Assembly: GCA_041739675.1 (NCBI GenBank)
Contig: JBGSNL010000049.1
Coordinates: 1 to 20,291 of the forward strand
Reading direction: 5' to 3'
DNA length: 20,291 nt
From: a bacterium
GTDB lineage: Bacteria > UBA10199 > 2-02-FULL-44-16 > DYJF01
Part shown: positions 17,794 to 20,291 of the stretch, piece by piece
Layout of the letters: every line of letters starts with the position of its first letter
Numbering within the stretch: position 1 is the stretch's first letter
Notes under the pieces: generated by a model
The model's database searches: none
What the model was told of the DNA's origin: nothing
Seen by the model: the letters and a program-made list of their open reading frames with translations, nothing else
Program-made: the position numbers and the translations under genes

Positions 17794-18728
17794 GAAAACG
17801 TCATTTTCTTTGTGGAATTATCGCAATCGCTATCCTTTTCGCATTTGTCTCTTGCGGCGGTGTGGCGCTTTATCAGAATCTTTCCGAGGAGGACGCCAAC
17901 GAAATTCTTGTCCTCTTGAGCGAGAATGGAATCAAAGCGGTGAAAAAGACTGAGACGCGCCAGAACGAGGTCTCATGGTCCATCCTTGTCCCTGACAAAG
18001 ATATGGCGCGCGCGCGCGGACTTCTGATGCAGCATAATCTGCCTCGTAAGCGCGAACTCGGCCTCACGGGCGTGTACAAGGAAAAAGGTTTGATCCCCAC
18101 GCCCGATGAACAGAAGGCGCGATATATTCTTGCTCTCAAAGGGGAGATCATCAATTCGCTTGAGAGAATTCCGGAAATCGTGGACGCCGACGTCGTCCTC
18201 AACATTCCGTCGAAAGAGGAATTTGCGACTACCGAGGAAAAGATGAAGCAGCGCCCGACGGCGTCGGTCATCGTCAAGTTCAAGACCTCGGAGAGCGGAA
18301 TACCGCAACTGACAGAGGCAAAACTTCAGGAGTTTGTCGCCAACTCGGTTGAGGGGATGAGTCCCCGCGACGTCACCGTCGTTTTGAGTTACATACCGGG
18401 CAACGGCCAGACGATACGTCCGGGGCAGGTTATGACGCTCCCGCCCAAGGGAGCTGAGGGTGCAGCGCCCCAGGCGGTCGCTCCGACGATGGACAGGGAG
18501 CTGGTCGGCCTGCGCCTGGATGCTGCGTCGAAGGATCGGCTGAAAATTTATCTTTTAGTTTTTTTCCTGCTTCTCATTATCTTGTCGGTCGGTCTTATCA
18601 TCTCAATAGTTCAGGGGAGCCGCATGAGAAGGAAGCTTGCGGAGATGCAAAGCGGCGGGCAATATCCCGCGGTGGAAGGAAGGGTCATGGACGAGGGTCC
18701 GCCCCGCCTGGGTGATGGCGACCGATAA
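17790..18728 (+). CDS. sctJ: Type III secretion inner-membrane ring lipoprotein (YscJ/HrcJ/PrgK family)
   Basis: Lipobox FVSC, LYQNLSEEDANEILVLLSENGI, GLIPTPDEQKARY..ALKGEI..SLERI, PTASVIVK, VANSVEGM...VTV, C-terminal TM. Confidence 0.92.
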   Translation: MRKRHFLCGIIAIAILFAFVSCGGVALYQNLSEEDANEILVLLSENGIKAVKKTETRQNEVSWSILVPDKDMARARGLLMQHNLPRKRELGLTGVYKEKGLIPTPDEQKARYILALKGEIINSLERIPEIVDADVVLNIPSKEEFATTEEKMKQRPTASVIVKFKTSESGIPQLTEAKLQEFVANSVEGMSPRDVTVVLSYIPGNGQTIRPGQVMTLPPKGAEGAAPQAVAPTMDRELVGLRLDAASKDRLKIYLLVFFLLLIILSVGLIISIVQGSRMRRKLAEMQSGGQYPAVEGRVMDEGPPRLGDGDR

Positions 18729-18738
18729 GTAGTTGATA
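18726..18738 (-). promoter_or_regulatory. IHF consensus site
   Basis: Reverse complement TATCAACTACTTA = WATCAA-N4-TTR. Confidence 0.45.
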
Positions 18739-18776
18739 TTTAAGGGAAAGAAATTCAATTTTTAAGGTCAAAATAA

Positions 18777-18808
18777 GCAACTTTGCCCCCTCTCAAAACC
18801 GATAATAA
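18777..18808 (+). promoter_or_regulatory. Sigma28 (FliA)-type promoter, copy 2
   Basis: GCAACTTT-N13-ACCGATAATAA, matching copy 1 at 18 of 19 motif positions with the same spacer length. Confidence 0.75.
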
Positions 18809-18849
18809 TAGTAGAGGGAATGGGGTATAATTGAGTTGAGGTTAAGTCC

Positions 18850-19272
18850 ATGCAATTTAGTCCGATACAACCCGATCTCGTAAGATACGAGATGAAGATG
18901 ACTCAGGGGGTGGATCCGACCGTCAGAGAGGCGAAGAAGCCGGGATTTTTCGGGCGCCTGCTTTCCGGTTTGGGACGCGTGTTGGGCGCCGTGGCCATGC
19001 CGCTTTCTTTCATATTTCCTCCGGCGGCGATCGGTGCGGCCGGCATGTACGGCCTGGGCCAAATCGGGGACCAGATGCAGGCCAAAGCTTATCAGAAACA
19101 GATGGACAAGATGCAGCGCGATAACCAGACGCAGGTTTCGTTTCCCGGCTTGCAGATGGACGGAGAAGCGCTTCAGCCGGCGGGCTATGATATTTCGGCC
19201 AGCGACGAGCGCGTGATGAATGTGCTTTTTGCGAGAAATGACGCCATGAACGAGATGGCGCATTCAATATAA
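18850..19272 (+). CDS. Hypothetical T3SS-associated protein, putative secreted substrate (140 aa)
   Basis: GAGG RBS; amphipathic/hydrophobic segment GFFGRLLSGLGRVLGAVAMPLSFIFPPAAIGAAG; C-terminal helix resembles that of 16755..17279. Confidence 0.7.
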   Translation: MQFSPIQPDLVRYEMKMTQGVDPTVREAKKPGFFGRLLSGLGRVLGAVAMPLSFIFPPAAIGAAGMYGLGQIGDQMQAKAYQKQMDKMQRDNQTQVSFPGLQMDGEALQPAGYDISASDERVMNVLFARNDAMNEMAHSI

Positions 19273-19282
19273 GAGGTGGGTT

Positions 19283-19672
19283 ATGGGTGTCAGGGATGTA
19301 AGATCAACAACGCATGTGCCGGCTACAGAGCGCGAAGAGCGCTTTGCCGGGCATACTGTCAACGAAGGACAGCATTTCGAGCAGTCTGCAGCTCGTCCGG
19401 CGGTTTTGTCCAGGACCGGCGCCTCCCGCTCAGTCACATCTTATCCAGAACCCACGAAAGAGCAGTTGGACAAGATCACCGAGGAACTTCATCCTCTTTC
19501 TTATGCATTTGGCGTTGCAAAAGAAGTTGAGAATGCCGAGGGACAGCCTGTTCCAAAGGAATTTGTTTCCTTTGTCGCCGAGTGGGAGACGCTGAAGCAG
19601 ATTCATGCTGCGGGCTACAATACTTTGCAAGAGATGATCAAGGCCTTCAGCGACGAAATTCAAGCGGCCTGA
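19283..19672 (+). CDS. Hypothetical T3SS-associated protein (129 aa)
   Basis: GAGGTGG RBS, 10 nt after the upstream stop; disordered N-terminus and C-terminal helix WETLKQIHAAGYNTLQEMIKAF. Confidence 0.7.
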   Translation: MGVRDVRSTTHVPATEREERFAGHTVNEGQHFEQSAARPAVLSRTGASRSVTSYPEPTKEQLDKITEELHPLSYAFGVAKEVENAEGQPVPKEFVSFVAEWETLKQIHAAGYNTLQEMIKAFSDEIQAA

Positions 19673-19760
19673 TTTCGGGGTGTGAGCCCCCCACTTTTAG
19701 CGGTATTTCCCTTCACCTCCATCAAATCAAGTCAACCTATCACCCAAATAATCGTTTATT

Positions 19761-19773
19761 TATCAACTAGTTA
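19761..19773 (+). promoter_or_regulatory. IHF consensus site upstream of sigma54 promoter
   Basis: TATCAACTAGTTA = WATCAA-N4-TTR, 26 nt upstream of the -24 element. Confidence 0.55.
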
Positions 19774-19799
19774 GATATTGCAGGCGGTCGTCAAAACCG

Positions 19800-19815
19800 T
19801 GGCATGGAACGTGCA
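19800..19815 (+). promoter_or_regulatory. Putative sigma54 -24/-12 promoter of the sigma28 gene
   Basis: TGGCATGGAACGTGCA: GG-N10-GC, 37 nt before ATG 19853. Confidence 0.6.
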
Positions 19816-19852
19816 TTTCATCTTGCCGGAGTCCGTACAAAAAGGGGATGCC

Positions 19853-20291
19853 ATGGGTAAATCGATTCTTCAGAAGTTGAAGCTGTCCCGCAGGGATGTT
19901 GAAACCCGCGCGCGGGAGAAGGCAAAAGATGAAGCGAGACGGGCGACCGAAGAGGCAAGAAAGCAGAGCGCGCCTAAGCTCACGAAGGCGGAAATGGCAA
20001 AGCTCAAACGCCGCGACGAGCTCATCGCTCAGTATATGCCTTACGCCGCATCGATTGCAGGACGCGTATGCCAGACACTCTCTTCGGCAGTCGATTATGA
20101 AGATGTGCTTTGCAACGCAAGACTGGGTCTTCTTGAAGCCGCAAAGAGATATGATGAGACGGAGAACGTCGATTTCCGGACCTTTGCATATTACAGAATC
20201 AAGGGCGCGATTTACGACGGTCTCAGACGCAGCGGTTGGTTGCCCAGAACTCTCTACGCAAAGCTCAAGTTTGAGGAAGCCGCGAACGAAT
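19853..20291 (+). CDS. fliA: FliA/WhiG-family RNA polymerase sigma factor (sigma28), 3'-truncated by window; not in ORF track
   Basis: Own translation: ...RDELIAQYMPYAASIAGRV..VDYEDVLCNARLGLLEAAKRYDETENVDFRTFAYYRIKGAIYDGLRRSGWLPR (region 2 of FliA); AAGGGGA RBS. Confidence 0.88.
   Translation, partial: MGKSILQKLKLSRRDVETRAREKAKDEARRATEEARKQSAPKLTKAEMAKLKRRDELIAQYMPYAASIAGRVCQTLSSAVDYEDVLCNARLGLLEAAKRYDETENVDFRTFAYYRIKGAIYDGLRRSGWLPRTLYAKLKFEEAANE

Noticed and set aside
17790..18728. Flagellar MS-ring protein FliF
   Set aside because: Only 312 aa, has a lipoprotein signal and lacks the large FliF C-terminal ring domain; no fliE/fliG adjacent.
18721..18728. ACCGATAA as an additional sigma28 -10
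   Set aside because: It is the last codons and stop of sctJ and has no -35 block upstream.
19283..19672. FlgM anti-sigma28 factor
   Set aside because: Size and position fit, but I cannot see the FlgM C-terminal pattern (R.EKV..LK..I..G.Y.V), and the C-terminus resembles the needle-like protein instead. An HMM search is needed to exclude it fully.
1..20291. CRISPR arrays, tRNA/rRNA genes, IS elements, integrases
   Set aside because: No regularly spaced direct repeats, RNA-gene signatures or transposase/integrase motifs were seen by eye.

Overview
Bacterial genomic window, gene-dense and of moderate GC. Gene content suggests a delta-proteobacterial/Myxococcota-like lineage (inference). Left (+ strand): 3' end of a choloylglycine hydrolase-family gene, a His-containing membrane protein followed by an uncalled 31-aa micro-ORF that copies its last helix, pterin-carbinolamine dehydratase, a divergent YchF, Fe-SOD, and a multiheme c-type cytochrome lipoprotein with its own System II maturation genes (ResB/CcsA). 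Middle (- strand): a single-domain response regulator, a 5-PAS histidine kinase split by one in-frame TAG at a Trp position, an LPP20-LPP20-LpoB-COG3014-like envelope operon and a Cys-rich lipoprotein. These are followed by a small lipoprotein and pfkA. Right (+ strand): the start of a non-flagellar type III secretion locus, comprising a YscE/F/G-like triad, sctJ, two small unknown genes and a truncated FliA/WhiG (sigma28) factor. The intergenic DNA of this locus suggests a flagellum-like regulatory cascade. Two copies of the sigma28-type motif GCAACTTT-N13-RCCGATAATAA lie upstream of three genes sharing a needle/filament-like C-terminal helix, and there are also two sigma54 -24/-12 matches and three IHF consensus sites. 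All family assignments come from motif recognition by eye; no database search was run.
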